From positions 448,001-512,000 of the forward strand of contig CBDAOY010000005.1 of NCBI GenBank assembly GCA_965198225.1: 64,000 bases of DNA, read 5' to 3'. The stretch is from Terriglobia bacterium. Its GTDB lineage: Bacteria > Acidobacteriota > Terriglobia > 20CM-2-55-15. The stretch's first letter is position 1, and every line of letters begins with the position of its first letter. Below the pieces are notes generated by a model that saw only the letters and a program-made list of their open reading frames with translations, searched no databases and was not told where the DNA came from. Positions 9,436 through 19,945 of this stretch are shown piece after piece. The position numbers and the translations under genes were made by a program.

Positions 9436-10665
9436 CTAGCCCTCATACGCCAACAGTCCCTGCGGCTGGCGATCGATCACGCGCGCAGCTGATCGCAACA
9501 TGAGCCCTCCCACCGCCACCGGCACGGCCGTCATGGCGATCGCCAGCTCGAGGCTCCAACCGTCGCTGATCCTTCCGAGCAGATAGGGCGACAAGGCGTC
9601 TCCGAGCATGTGACTGAGAAGGACGCTGATCGCCACCGCCGACGCGCGCAGGCTCGCGGGTACGCAGCCGACGAGGGACGCGTTGAGAGGACCAAGGGTG
9701 GCGCCCAGGAGCGCAGCGGACATGAACGAGAGGGTCAGAACGGCGGGCACCGACCTCAGCCAGGGCATCAGCATCAACAGCGGCGCTGCGGCGAGCATGA
9801 CGTAACTCGAGACCGCGAAGTAGCCGCCCTGATGTTGCCGGAAGGCGCGGTCGGCGAACACACCTCCGACGATCGTTCCCAGGACTCCCCCTCCTACGAT
9901 GACGCCGCCGAAATAGATCCCTGCCGCCTCGGGTGTCAGGCCCTGGGTTCGCACGAGGAAGGTGGGCATCCAGAAACCCATGCCCCCGACGGTGAACAGC
10001 ATCAGGGCCGAGCCCAGCGTGTTGAACCGCCAGCCCGGGGTGTGCAGCAACCGTCGCCAACTCTGGGGACCCGACAGCCGCGGGCCGGCTTCGATGTCGT
10101 CGTCGGTGGCGCCTCTTTCCGGCTCCTCGAGCAGCAGGGCGACGATCGCCATCACGAGACCCGGGGCACCGGCTACGTAGAAGGCGCTCCGCCAGCCGAA
10201 CTGCTGGCCGACGTAGCCACCGAGCAGATAACCCATGGCGCTGCCCACCGGCACCGACAGATAGAACCAAGCCAGGACGCGGCCTCGCTGCTCCTTTCGG
10301 AACAGGTCGGCGATGATGCCCGGCGCCACGACCGCGTACCCCGCCTCGCCGATGCCGATCAGAGCCCTGGTCAGGAGCAGTGCCTCGTAGTTCGGCGCCA
10401 GACCGCTGCCGATGGTAGCCAGGCTCCACAGCAGCACTCCGCCCGACACCAGGTACTTTCGGACGATGCGGTCGCCCAGGTACCCGGAAAGCGGCGAGGC
10501 AACCAGGAACATGACCATGAACACGCTCCCGAGCAGACCGCCAAGACTGTCGGAGAGCGCGAAGTCCTCCTTGATCCAGGGCAGGACCGCGCTCAGCACG
10601 TAGCGGTCCAGATAGCTCAGGAGGCTGATCACCGTGAGAGCGATCAACGCGGTTCGTTGATTCAT
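9436..10665 (-). CDS. MFS transporter (spinster-like)
   Basis: YLDR motif, GYLGDRIVRK (motif A), RALIGIGEA, about 12 TM segments. Confidence 0.9.
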   Translation of the reverse strand: MNQRTALIALTVISLLSYLDRYVLSAVLPWIKEDFALSDSLGGLLGSVFMVMFLVASPLSGYLGDRIVRKYLVSGGVLLWSLATIGSGLAPNYEALLLTRALIGIGEAGYAVVAPGIIADLFRKEQRGRVLAWFYLSVPVGSAMGYLLGGYVGQQFGWRSAFYVAGAPGLVMAIVALLLEEPERGATDDDIEAGPRLSGPQSWRRLLHTPGWRFNTLGSALMLFTVGGMGFWMPTFLVRTQGLTPEAAGIYFGGVIVGGGVLGTIVGGVFADRAFRQHQGGYFAVSSYVMLAAAPLLMLMPWLRSVPAVLTLSFMSAALLGATLGPLNASLVGCVPASLRASAVAISVLLSHMLGDALSPYLLGRISDGWSLELAIAMTAVPVAVGGLMLRSAARVIDRQPQGLLAYEG

Positions 10666-10708
10666 ATATCGCAACCAGGAAGTTTGACGTCGACGAGGTA
10701 CTCGGGGA

Positions 10709-12910
10709 TCAGCCCTCCGGGCTCACTGCATCCGGGAGCTTGATCGGCTGGACGAGCGCACCGTTGCCGGCCGAGTCCCACACCGCAAAACGTACCCATT
10801 TCTTGCCAGTGACGTTGAAGGGGATCTCGAAGCGATGGCGACCGAACGGAGGTAGATCGGTCGCGGGTAAGATCTGCCGGTCCGTATTCTGCCCGTCGCC
10901 CCAGACCACTTCGACGAACTCCAGTGGGAAAGTCCACTCCACTTCGGCCACCACCGTCCGTACAGCTCCGGTCCCTTCGACGGAATACGATGGGATCAGT
11001 ACCTCGCCCGATGTCACAAAATAGTCACCGCGCCGGATCGCATCGATCACGGGACTCATGTCGTCTGGCGTCGGCACCGAATCGAGCTTCAGGTAGTTCA
11101 CTGGATTATTCGCGTAGACGTCGTCGCCCGGTTGTTTTGCATAGGTTTCGGTGATGGCCAGAATGTATTTCAGAGGGGTCGGAAGGTCTGCCATCCAGTT
11201 GCTCATGTCATCGAACAGGGGCATGACGCGATAGTCCGACATGCGACGCTCGGACAGGTCCAGGCCCATACCCCATCGCCACCCGATCCCGCGATAGTTC
11301 TCATCCTGGAAGTGCGGCGTGTCCTTGACCACGTCCGGGTAGTACGTCGATCCCTTCGTGCGGGGATGCGGCATGAAGATCAGCGCGTTCTCCCGACGCG
11401 CCATTTCCATCACATCTGCCGCGCTGCCCACATGATAGAGCGTGCCATAGGTGGGGTGCTCCTCGACGAAGGGCTGACCCGGGGCACGGTCTGTGGTCCA
11501 GAAGACCTGGTGCGAGAACAGGATGTCCCAGTGCCCCCCGAGAAGCTCGATCTGTTCCTCATTGGGCATGATCAGGAAATCCTTGTCGGAATGTCTCCGC
11601 GCACCTTCGAAGTACTCGGCCAGGACCTCGAGACGCTCAGGGGTTCTCATCCAATCGGTCGGACTGATGATGTTGATCCCCGTCGCCTTGAGAGCGTGAA
11701 AGTCGGGTAGCCTGGTGTCCGGGTTGCCCGATTCCCGCAACCGCCGCCCCATGCTCATGTGATAGTGACTGGCCATGACCTGGAAGCCCGGTACGGGTTT
11801 GTAGCGGTCCCCGCGTGTGAAGGCCAGTGCTCCTTGGAGCGCAGACGTCGCAGGTTCGGGGCTGACGTAGAAGTACACGGCCATCCGCTGTGACGTCCCT
11901 GGGCGGGCGCTGTAGAGCGCGAAATTGGCCTTCCAGCGTGGGTCCTCCTCGCGCTCGGCCTGGCGAACCCCGAAGGAAAACGACGAATCACTGTCCTTGC
12001 GGTACCAGGCGTAACCGAGGTTGGTTTCTACTTCCCGAGACCAGAAGAAAGTATGCGGCGGAGGGAACGCCGCAATCGACCCGGTCGGGCCTTCGGCGAC
12101 GATGACGCGATTGCTGACTTTCAGGGGTACCTCGTCCTCGTTCGGAGTTCCGCCAAACCGGTAGTCCTGCAACAGGTTCGACAGGTCGCGCCAGACCACG
12201 CGCGCGCCGTCCCGCACTCTCAAGCCCCGGAGGCCGGCGTGGTACTTGTAAGCGACCGAGGGCTCCTGGGTCCGGGCGACGGCTTCCATCCGAATCAGGT
12301 TCGTGCCCCTGTAGAGGGTGTATTGCAGGCGCCCTCGAAAGACGCCGAGCTCCATGCCGGGGAACGAGATTTCCAGACGCGCTCCGTCGGTTTTCACATT
12401 GCAGCCATCCGCCTGGTAGGTGGCAGTTGAGCGATCGATCTCTTCCGGCGTTCTCGGCATATTGAGGTTGGTGGTGCCGCGTCCGTCCATCCCCGGGACG
12501 TCGAGCGGAGCATCCCAGAAGGCGCCCCACTTCAGCGGCTCGACGACCTCGGGAGTGATCTCGATGCCGAGGTCTCTCAGGGGAGCGAGCTGTTGTCCGG
12601 TCATGCGGCGGACACCGGATACCACGCGAAACTCGGGAGTGAGGTTGCTGGCCACGTTGACCCATTCGGAGGCGTCCTTGCGTTTGATGGCAAGATCGCT
12701 GATCGTGGGCGTACCCGCGCGAATCTCGAAACGCAGTTGCAGTTCCTGGTTGTTGTCCCCGTCCCACCTCAGTTCGAGCGTGTCGCCGTCGACCCCGGCC
12801 TGGAGGCCTGGCGCGGCCTCGTACTCCTGAAGGTCACAACTCAGTGTCTGGCCGTATGATGCATGCCCGAACATTACCAGTGCGCCCAACAATGCGACGG
12901 GTACTTTCAT
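10709..12910 (-). CDS. large secreted protein with possible C-terminal PHP-like metallohydrolase domain
   Basis: Signal peptide MKVPVALLGALVMFGHASYG; SHYH, PNEE, GGHW and MPHP are candidate metal-ligand motifs. The domain call is inference. Confidence 0.6.
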   Translation of the reverse strand: MKVPVALLGALVMFGHASYGQTLSCDLQEYEAAPGLQAGVDGDTLELRWDGDNNQELQLRFEIRAGTPTISDLAIKRKDASEWVNVASNLTPEFRVVSGVRRMTGQQLAPLRDLGIEITPEVVEPLKWGAFWDAPLDVPGMDGRGTTNLNMPRTPEEIDRSTATYQADGCNVKTDGARLEISFPGMELGVFRGRLQYTLYRGTNLIRMEAVARTQEPSVAYKYHAGLRGLRVRDGARVVWRDLSNLLQDYRFGGTPNEDEVPLKVSNRVIVAEGPTGSIAAFPPPHTFFWSREVETNLGYAWYRKDSDSSFSFGVRQAEREEDPRWKANFALYSARPGTSQRMAVYFYVSPEPATSALQGALAFTRGDRYKPVPGFQVMASHYHMSMGRRLRESGNPDTRLPDFHALKATGINIISPTDWMRTPERLEVLAEYFEGARRHSDKDFLIMPNEEQIELLGGHWDILFSHQVFWTTDRAPGQPFVEEHPTYGTLYHVGSAADVMEMARRENALIFMPHPRTKGSTYYPDVVKDTPHFQDENYRGIGWRWGMGLDLSERRMSDYRVMPLFDDMSNWMADLPTPLKYILAITETYAKQPGDDVYANNPVNYLKLDSVPTPDDMSPVIDAIRRGDYFVTSGEVLIPSYSVEGTGAVRTVVAEVEWTFPLEFVEVVWGDGQNTDRQILPATDLPPFGRHRFEIPFNVTGKKWVRFAVWDSAGNGALVQPIKLPDAVSPEG

Positions 12911-12941
12911 CGTTAGTCCTCCCATAACTACGGGCCCGATT

Positions 12942-14531
12942 CTATCGGGCTTTGAGGGCCGCGGCACCAAAACTCGTCAGGGCCGCTCCCGCTATAAACC
13001 CTCCTGCCAGCACGTACATCGGATTCTGCACTGACTCCCCATACTTGCGTAGGAGCAGCCCCCGGACAATCAGCGCAACGGCGGCGGTCCAGCCGGCGAT
13101 CGGGTTGTATATCAGCAAGCCTGTTGCGAACAGGATTCCGATCTGCCGGGCGGGTCCACCTGCGAGTTGCACAAGCGCACCGGGTATGGCCCATTTCAAG
13201 AGCGACTGAGCCAGGCCTGGTGTCGTCCCCGCTTCGATGGTGGCCACGAAGACTCGGGTGACCGGGGGAACAAGATCGTTCCCGAAGTAGTGTTGGTACG
13301 AAAAAAGAACGACCAGTCCGGCCACGGTGAAACCAATCAGCTCGGCAAAATACTGTTGTTTTCTCCCTTCTCGCTCCAGAGCCGGGTGGCGTCCATTCCC
13401 CCTGAGAATCCATCCCGCTTTGAGATCGTAGCCCATATCCGCGAAGGCTGGACCGGTTGCGGCCGTAAACCCGACCAGCAACGCCAACGGCACGGAAGGG
13501 AAGCCGAGCAACATGCCGACCACGAGGAATATCAGTGCCGTGGCGAACGCCGGAAACCAGCCCGCGTGCATTGCAGATATGCCGACAATGAGTTCCGACA
13601 CGAGAGCCGCGAGGGCGGCAAAGAGAATGAACCCAACCAACATGCCCGGGGTCAGGCTCGACGCGATACCGCCGAGCAACGCAATTCCCGTGGCGATAGC
13701 GCCGAAAGCGAGGAATCCTCGACCGAGGGTTTGGCGAACGCCATGTCGATCGACGGTCGGCGAAGATGCACTCTCAGCCGCGGCCGATGCCGTTCTTGTC
13801 ACGTATACGATCTGCAGGATGGCAACCACGCCCGCGCCAATCATGACCCCGTGTGGCATGTATAACGCATTCAAATCCAACCCGAACACCGCCGTAGTGT
13901 AACCGCGTGTCAACAGGCCCAGGGCAAACATCGCCAAAGCCCAGATGTTGCCAATCCAGCACACCCCGAACACATCCATCGGAACGCCCAGATACTGGCC
14001 AAATCCTCCGACCAGTCCACCGACTCCGAGCAGGCGCGCGCGTTTTCCTCCTCGATCGCCGGCGATGATGCATTCCGCCGTGGCGACACCGGACGGCCAC
14101 AGGCCTCTGGCTGGATATATGGTTGAATCGAACACGCGGTAGAGTATGGTGGCGTCCAGCACGAGGGCCGCAAACGCGCCGATCATCATGACCGGAACGA
14201 GTTCCGGCGCTCCGATCAGCCACAGCACTGCGATGGGCAGCAGGATCGCGTTGGCCCCGCCGAACGTGGCGCCGGAGATGATCGTTTGCATCAGGTTTTG
14301 CCGCGATACATCAGCGAAGGGCCGGGCGATCTGCAATGGAACACGGGACACGGCGATCGCTATGACCGCGGCGATGATCGAACTGTTGGGGGTGATGCCC
14401 ACGCGCGTGAGCAGCTCGAGACCGATCACCACACCGAGGATCGCCAGCAACACTCCGAGAAACAGCGTTATCGGTTCGAAGATAGAAGGATGGTCCGGGG
14501 GATCGGGGCCTGGCGCCGTTCTGGAGCTCAA
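12942..14531 (-). CDS. OPT/YSL-like integral membrane transporter
   Basis: Highly hydrophobic, with NLMQTIISGATFGGAN and GPAFADMGYDLKAGW; TTG start overlaps the AroM stop. Confidence 0.75.
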   Translation of the reverse strand: MSSRTAPGPDPPDHPSIFEPITLFLGVLLAILGVVIGLELLTRVGITPNSSIIAAVIAIAVSRVPLQIARPFADVSRQNLMQTIISGATFGGANAILLPIAVLWLIGAPELVPVMMIGAFAALVLDATILYRVFDSTIYPARGLWPSGVATAECIIAGDRGGKRARLLGVGGLVGGFGQYLGVPMDVFGVCWIGNIWALAMFALGLLTRGYTTAVFGLDLNALYMPHGVMIGAGVVAILQIVYVTRTASAAAESASSPTVDRHGVRQTLGRGFLAFGAIATGIALLGGIASSLTPGMLVGFILFAALAALVSELIVGISAMHAGWFPAFATALIFLVVGMLLGFPSVPLALLVGFTAATGPAFADMGYDLKAGWILRGNGRHPALEREGRKQQYFAELIGFTVAGLVVLFSYQHYFGNDLVPPVTRVFVATIEAGTTPGLAQSLLKWAIPGALVQLAGGPARQIGILFATGLLIYNPIAGWTAAVALIVRGLLLRKYGESVQNPMYVLAGGFIAGAALTSFGAAALKAR

Positions 14532-15181
14532 AGCAGTTGAGCGACGGCGCAGGCGACGAGACGGCGTGCGAGCAGCACAGGTCGTCGGGAAACCTTGGCC
14601 ACGGTGGATCGCATCGTTTCGGAGTAACCCAGGCAATGCATGACGGTCACGTCGGCCGGGGAGAGTTCCCGGGCCGCAGCTTCTAAACGGTCCGCTGAAT
14701 ACGGAGACGCGAAGCTCGTAAGGAGAGCCTGATTGTCATGGGGTCGATAGTGGAGCTCCCCGATCTGGCTTTGCAAAGGAACCATGATACCCACGGTCGA
14801 AGCTGTGCGCGCGATCGTGTCGATTCCACGATCGACAATCTCCTGGGCCTCGAGCAAGAGCCCTCGCGACGTAAGGTTGCCGAATCGACCCGTACAGAGC
14901 AGGACGACGCAATCGGTACCGTCGGCTTCGGCCGCGTCGATCACATTCTGCACGCGTGGTTCGAGTTTCGACTTGCCGAGCAGCACTTCGCGTCCGTCGC
15001 GCAGGCGAGTGACGAGCCTGGGGTCATGATCGTCGGGTCGAAGCGCATGGATCTCCTCATCCCTCAGCCCGTCGAGGGCGCCACGTTCCTCGATATTCGG
15101 CGACGCCCCGAGCCAGGGCAACATCTCAGGCACAAGGTCCGTTCGAGGAGACTGACCAATCGTCACGAATGTGACTCTCAC
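14528..15181 (-). CDS. aroM: AroM family protein
   Basis: TIGQSPRTD, LVTRLRDG, LLCTGRF, ASPY, MHCLGY. Confidence 0.85.
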   Translation of the reverse strand: MRVTFVTIGQSPRTDLVPEMLPWLGASPNIEERGALDGLRDEEIHALRPDDHDPRLVTRLRDGREVLLGKSKLEPRVQNVIDAAEADGTDCVVLLCTGRFGNLTSRGLLLEAQEIVDRGIDTIARTASTVGIMVPLQSQIGELHYRPHDNQALLTSFASPYSADRLEAAARELSPADVTVMHCLGYSETMRSTVAKVSRRPVLLARRLVACAVAQLL

Positions 15182-15276
15182 GGCGCATACGATATCATGG
15201 CGTGTCCGGTGCTACTACTCGCCCGGCTTTCGCGGTGAGACGGATCGTTTGAGCGCCGTTAGGATTGTCTGCCCCG

Positions 15277-16362
15277 ATGACTATTCACCGCGAAATACAG
15301 TCGGACGAACTGGAGCCGCTCGCCGCGGGTGCGTGGATCCTGGGCGCCGGCGGGGGCGGTAGCCCGTACCACGCCTTTCTGGGTATTCGAGAGCTTTATC
15401 AGAAGGGGCGACGCGTCACGCTCCTGGATCCCGCCGCCCTTGATGATGAAGATCTCGTCGCGGTCGTATCCAACATGGGTGCGCCATTGGTCGGCCAGGA
15501 AAGGCTCGCGGACGCTGCTTTGGCGGCGAAACCGGTACGGATGATGGAGGCGTACCTGGGTCGTCGCTTTCGGGCGGTCATGTCCCTGGAGATTGGGGGC
15601 GGAAACGCTATCCAGCCTCTTCTCGTTGCCGCCCTCATGGATATACCGGTGGTCGACGCCGACACGATGGGTCGAGCTTACCCCGAAGCGCAGATGACGA
15701 GCTTCGCGATTGCGGACCTTCCCATGTTTCCACTCACGCTGGGCGACGTGCGGGATAACGAAGTGATCGTCTCGCGCGCAGCGAGCTGGAAATGGATGGA
15801 GCGTATCAGCCGAAAAGTGTGTACCGAGGTGGGTTCCATTGCGGCCACGTGCAAGGCGCCGCGCACAGGCCGTGAGGTACGGGAGTTTGGCATTCTCTAT
15901 ACCGTCTCGAAAGCGATAGGGATCGGACAGGCCCTGCATCAAGCCCGTGCCGATCATCGAGACCCGATCGCGGCCGTGTTGGATGTGACGAGCGGCCAGT
16001 CACTCTTCTCCGGTAAGGTGGTCGATGTCGATCGTCGAACGACCGAAGGATTCCTGCGCGGCAGCGCCAGTATTGAAGGGCTGGATGACCAATCTGGCCA
16101 ACAGCTTCGGCTGGAGTTCCAGAATGAGTTCGCCATCGCGTCGATAGACGGCGTCGCGCAAGCGATGGTTCCCGAGATCATCTGTGTGATGGACGCGGAG
16201 TCGGGAGAAGCGGTGGGGACCGAAACGTTGCGGTACGGCCAGCGGGTGTGTGTCGTGGTGCTCCCGGCGCCGCCGATCCAGATGACGGAAAAGGGACTGG
16301 AGCACGTTGGGCCGCGCGCGTTCGGTTACGACATGGATTTTCGCTCCTGCTTCAACCGATGA
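15277..16362 (+). CDS. DUF917 family protein (thiohydantoin desulfhydrase-like)
   Basis: LGAGGGGSP, MGAP, EIGGGN, DADTMGRAYPE, GPRAFGY. Confidence 0.88.
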   Translation: MTIHREIQSDELEPLAAGAWILGAGGGGSPYHAFLGIRELYQKGRRVTLLDPAALDDEDLVAVVSNMGAPLVGQERLADAALAAKPVRMMEAYLGRRFRAVMSLEIGGGNAIQPLLVAALMDIPVVDADTMGRAYPEAQMTSFAIADLPMFPLTLGDVRDNEVIVSRAASWKWMERISRKVCTEVGSIAATCKAPRTGREVREFGILYTVSKAIGIGQALHQARADHRDPIAAVLDVTSGQSLFSGKVVDVDRRTTEGFLRGSASIEGLDDQSGQQLRLEFQNEFAIASIDGVAQAMVPEIICVMDAESGEAVGTETLRYGQRVCVVVLPAPPIQMTEKGLEHVGPRAFGYDMDFRSCFNR

Positions 16363-17894
16363 GACGCATTGGTATTGACGTGGGCGGCACGAACACGGAT
16401 GCCGTGCTGCTAGAAGGGGACACCCTTATTTCGGCGATCAAGACTCCCACCACGCCCGCCGTTACCGATGGGATCGCCACCGCACTCGAGCAACTGGTTT
16501 CCTCGACAGGCGGAGGGTTCGGAGACGTTGACGCGGTGGTGCTCGGCACAACCCATTTCACGAACGCCGTTGTCCAACGGCGGGACCTGACCAGGGTGGC
16601 TGCGATACGAATCGGACTTCCCGCAAGCGCGTCGCTTGTCCCGTTCATCGACTGGCCCGCAGACCTCGCCGATATCGTCCGAGGCGGCGTATTCCTCGTT
16701 CAAGGGGGGCATGAATACGACGGTCGGGAGATTGTGCCGTTCGATGAAACGACCATGCGCGAGGTTGCGGTCCGTGTCCAGGACGGCGGGTGGAAGGCGG
16801 CAGCGATATCGAGTGTCTTCTCGCCGCTGACTGCCGAACACGAATCCCGTGCCGCCGACATTCTTCGCTCTGTCTGTTCGAACGTGGAGGTGACGTTGTC
16901 TCACCAACTGGGCCGGATCGGTCTGCTGGAGCGTGAGAACGCCGCTCTGCTGAATGCAGGCACGATCGATCTGGCGCGACGTACCACGCGTAGTTTACGA
17001 GATGCTCTCGAGGGCAGCGGAATTCGTGCCCCACTCTTCCTAACTCAGAACGACGGCACGCTTGCCAACGCCGACGCTGCTTCGGCGTTTCCGGTTTACA
17101 ATTTTGCGTCAGGACCGACGAACAGCATGCGTGGCGCAGCCTTCCTCTCCGACATGGATGACGCAATTGTGATCGATGTGGGGGGGACCACGACCGATAT
17201 CGGCTGTTTGCGCGCAGGTTTTCCCCGGGAGGCGAACAATGTCGTGGAAGTCGGCGGCGTCCGCACGCTATTCCGCATGCCGGATCTGTTATCGATCGGT
17301 CTGGGTGGGGGATCGGTGATCGAGAGGGACGGAAGGACGGTAGGACCGGTGAGTGTCGGTCACCGCATCACCGAGCAAGCGCGGATCTTCGGCGGGAACA
17401 CGCTCACTGCGAGCGATGTTGGGGTGGCGGCCGGGATGACCGCGTTCGGAGACCCGAGCCAGGTCGTGAACCTGAGCGGCGAGGTGGTGACGCGGTCGAT
17501 TGCCCTCATGGCCGACATGATCTCCGATGGCGTGGATCGTATGAGAACGGATGCACGGGCGGCGCCTCTGATTGCGGTCGGCGGTGGCGCGTTTCTCGTG
17601 CCCGACCGAATACCGGGTGTTTCAGAAGTGATACGTGTCGAACATCACACGGTGGCAAATGCGATCGGGGCGGCGATCGCGCAGGTGAGCGGTGAGACAG
17701 ATCGCGTGTTTCACGGAATTGGCCGCGACGCGGCCATCGAGGAGGCGACCACCCTCGCCGAACAGGATGCGGTGGACGCCGGTGCCGCTCGCCAAACCCT
17801 GAAGGTGGTCGACGTGGAGGATCTTCCCATCTCGTACCTGCCGGGTGATGCTCGTCGGGTACGCGTGCGTGTAATCGGTGATATCGGGCGTTGA
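16359..17894 (+). CDS. hydantoinase/oxoprolinase family protein (DUF917-associated type)
   Basis: IGIDVGGTNTD, GTTHFTNA, SGPTNSMRGA, DVGGTTTD; ATGA-coupled to DUF917. Confidence 0.9.
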   Translation: MRRIGIDVGGTNTDAVLLEGDTLISAIKTPTTPAVTDGIATALEQLVSSTGGGFGDVDAVVLGTTHFTNAVVQRRDLTRVAAIRIGLPASASLVPFIDWPADLADIVRGGVFLVQGGHEYDGREIVPFDETTMREVAVRVQDGGWKAAAISSVFSPLTAEHESRAADILRSVCSNVEVTLSHQLGRIGLLERENAALLNAGTIDLARRTTRSLRDALEGSGIRAPLFLTQNDGTLANADAASAFPVYNFASGPTNSMRGAAFLSDMDDAIVIDVGGTTTDIGCLRAGFPREANNVVEVGGVRTLFRMPDLLSIGLGGGSVIERDGRTVGPVSVGHRITEQARIFGGNTLTASDVGVAAGMTAFGDPSQVVNLSGEVVTRSIALMADMISDGVDRMRTDARAAPLIAVGGGAFLVPDRIPGVSEVIRVEHHTVANAIGAAIAQVSGETDRVFHGIGRDAAIEEATTLAEQDAVDAGAARQTLKVVDVEDLPISYLPGDARRVRVRVIGDIGR

Positions 17895-17906
17895 ACGCCC
17901 GTAAGG

Positions 17907-18163
17907 ATGTGCGGTCATAGACCGCCCCTACACTCGCTCGGGTGTAGGGGCGCTCTGTGAGCGCACATGTTTCGGCACGAAGGTGTGCGGTCATAGACCG
18001 CACCTACACTCGCTCAGGTGTAGGGGCGCTCTGTGAGCGCACATGTTTCGGCACGAAGGTGTGCGGTCATAGACCGCACCTACACTCGCTCAGGTGTAAG
18101 GGCGCTCTGTGAGCGCACATTCCTGCCACAATGCGACCCTGTGCGGTCATAGACCGCACCTAC
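17907..18163. repeat. tandem REP array (7 REP units, 76-bp period), BIME-like
   Basis: alternating GTAG-(G/A)GGCGCTCTGTGAGCGCAC and inverted GTGCGGTCATAGACCGCAC-CTAC units with near-identical linkers. Confidence 0.9.
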
Positions 18164-18187
18164 AGTTTGAGACTGCGAGGTCCGATT

Positions 18188-19945
18188 ATGAGTACTCCGT
18201 TGTTTCCTTCCGAGATCGATCCGGTGCGATTCGAGGTCATTCGCAATGCTCTGCTCGCGATCACCGAGGAGATGGGCGCAACATTGCGGCGGGCTGCGTA
18301 TTCGACCAATATCAAAACACGTGCGGATTTTTCCTGCGCCTTCTTCGATCGCGATCTCCGCACCATCGCCCAGGCCTTTGCGCAGCCCTCGCATCTCGGG
18401 TCGCTGGCGCATATTGTGCCGCATGCTGTGCGGGAATACGGCGCCGACCGGCTGCGCCCCGGTGACGGCATCTTGATCAACGACCCCTACCTGGGGGGCG
18501 TGCACCTCAACGACATCACGCTGATCACGCCCGTCTTCGATCAGCAAGCCCTATTCGGCTACGTGGCCAATATCGCGCACCACGTCGATGTCGGTGGCGG
18601 GGCGCCGGGCAGTATCGGCATGTCCGAAGAGATCTACCAGGAGGGTATGGTCATCCCGCCGGTACGGTTCGTCAAAGCCGGTGAAATCGACCGCGATCTC
18701 TTCGCCATGATCCGATCCAATTTCCGCGGCACACGCGAAATTTCGGGTGACTTTCGAGCCCAGACTGCAGCCAATCGCCTGGGGGTCCAGCGCCTGACGG
18801 CTCTATTCGACAAGTATGGCGCAGCGAACCTCGAGCGGTATTCGGACGAAATGCTGCAGTACACCGAACGCCGGGCGGCGGGCGCGTTCGAACAGTTTCC
18901 AAACGGAACGTTCTCGGCCGAATCGTTCATGGACGGCGACGGGGTCGGGGACGAACCTATCAAGCTCGCAGCCACGGTACGAATCGAAGACGGCAACGTC
19001 CAGGTCGACCTGACTGGCTGTGACGACCAACGCCCGTCGCCGACGAACGCCACACACGCTCAAACGTATTCGGGCGTTGTCTACGTCCTCAAGTGCCTCA
19101 TCGATCCCGATATCACCGTTAACGATGGCTTCTATCGCCTGGTCGACATGCGCACCCGCCCCGGGAGTGTCGTGGCCGCACGGCACCCCGCCGCGGTCGC
19201 TGCGGGGTGGGAAGTCGCCATGCAAGTGTGCGATTTGCTCTTTAGAGCACTCGCCGACCCCCTACCGGATCGGGTCCTGGCCGGCACCAAGGGGTGTATT
19301 TGCAACATCGCCTTCGGTGGTATCAACTCGGCGACGGACGAGTACTTTACTTACTACGAAACCATCGCCGGCGGCTACGGCGCTACATTGCGCAACGACG
19401 GCATGGACGCAGTACAGGCCCACTTTCAGAACACTGAAAACGCGCCGGTGGAAGAGACTGAAACGAACTACCCGGTGCGAATTCTCCGGCATGAGCTGAT
19501 CGAGGATTCCGAAGGCCCCGGACGGTACCGGGGCGGGCTGGGCGTCCGGCGGGATTATTCATTTCCAGGTCACACACCCAGTTTTTCGATTCTTTCCGAC
19601 AAGTCGATCTATGCGCCGTGGGGATTGTTCGGTGGCGGGCCGTCGCGGGCCGCTCACTATATCCTCAACCCGGACTCGGAGCCACGCATCTTGCCCTCGA
19701 AGATCACGCTACGCCTAGAGCCTGGCGATATCGTCAGCGTCCAAACTCCGGGGGGTGGCGGATGCGAACCTGCCTGGCGACGCCCCCCCCAGGACGCGGC
19801 GGCGGACGTCGCCCTGGGCAAGATTTCGGCCAACCGCGCGCGGGAGATCTATGGCGTCGTCATCGACCCGACGACCGGTAGCGTAGACGAGACGGCAACG
19901 AGCATTGAGCGTGCCCTCCTGTCCGGAAGTGATGGCTCGTCATGA
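18188..19945 (+). CDS. hyuB: hydantoinase B / oxoprolinase subunit
   Basis: EEMG..RAAYSTNIK..DFS, NDPYLGGVHLND, HHVDVGG, GRYRGGLG, TPGGGG. Confidence 0.92.
   Translation: MSTPLFPSEIDPVRFEVIRNALLAITEEMGATLRRAAYSTNIKTRADFSCAFFDRDLRTIAQAFAQPSHLGSLAHIVPHAVREYGADRLRPGDGILINDPYLGGVHLNDITLITPVFDQQALFGYVANIAHHVDVGGGAPGSIGMSEEIYQEGMVIPPVRFVKAGEIDRDLFAMIRSNFRGTREISGDFRAQTAANRLGVQRLTALFDKYGAANLERYSDEMLQYTERRAAGAFEQFPNGTFSAESFMDGDGVGDEPIKLAATVRIEDGNVQVDLTGCDDQRPSPTNATHAQTYSGVVYVLKCLIDPDITVNDGFYRLVDMRTRPGSVVAARHPAAVAAGWEVAMQVCDLLFRALADPLPDRVLAGTKGCICNIAFGGINSATDEYFTYYETIAGGYGATLRNDGMDAVQAHFQNTENAPVEETETNYPVRILRHELIEDSEGPGRYRGGLGVRRDYSFPGHTPSFSILSDKSIYAPWGLFGGGPSRAAHYILNPDSEPRILPSKITLRLEPGDIVSVQTPGGGGCEPAWRRPPQDAAADVALGKISANRAREIYGVVIDPTTGSVDETATSIERALLSGSDGSS

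Noticed and set aside
17907-18163. CRISPR array (also considered for 34115-34374)
   Set aside because: The linkers are near-identical rather than unique spacers, units alternate in orientation, the same palindromes are dispersed as REPs, and no cas genes are present.
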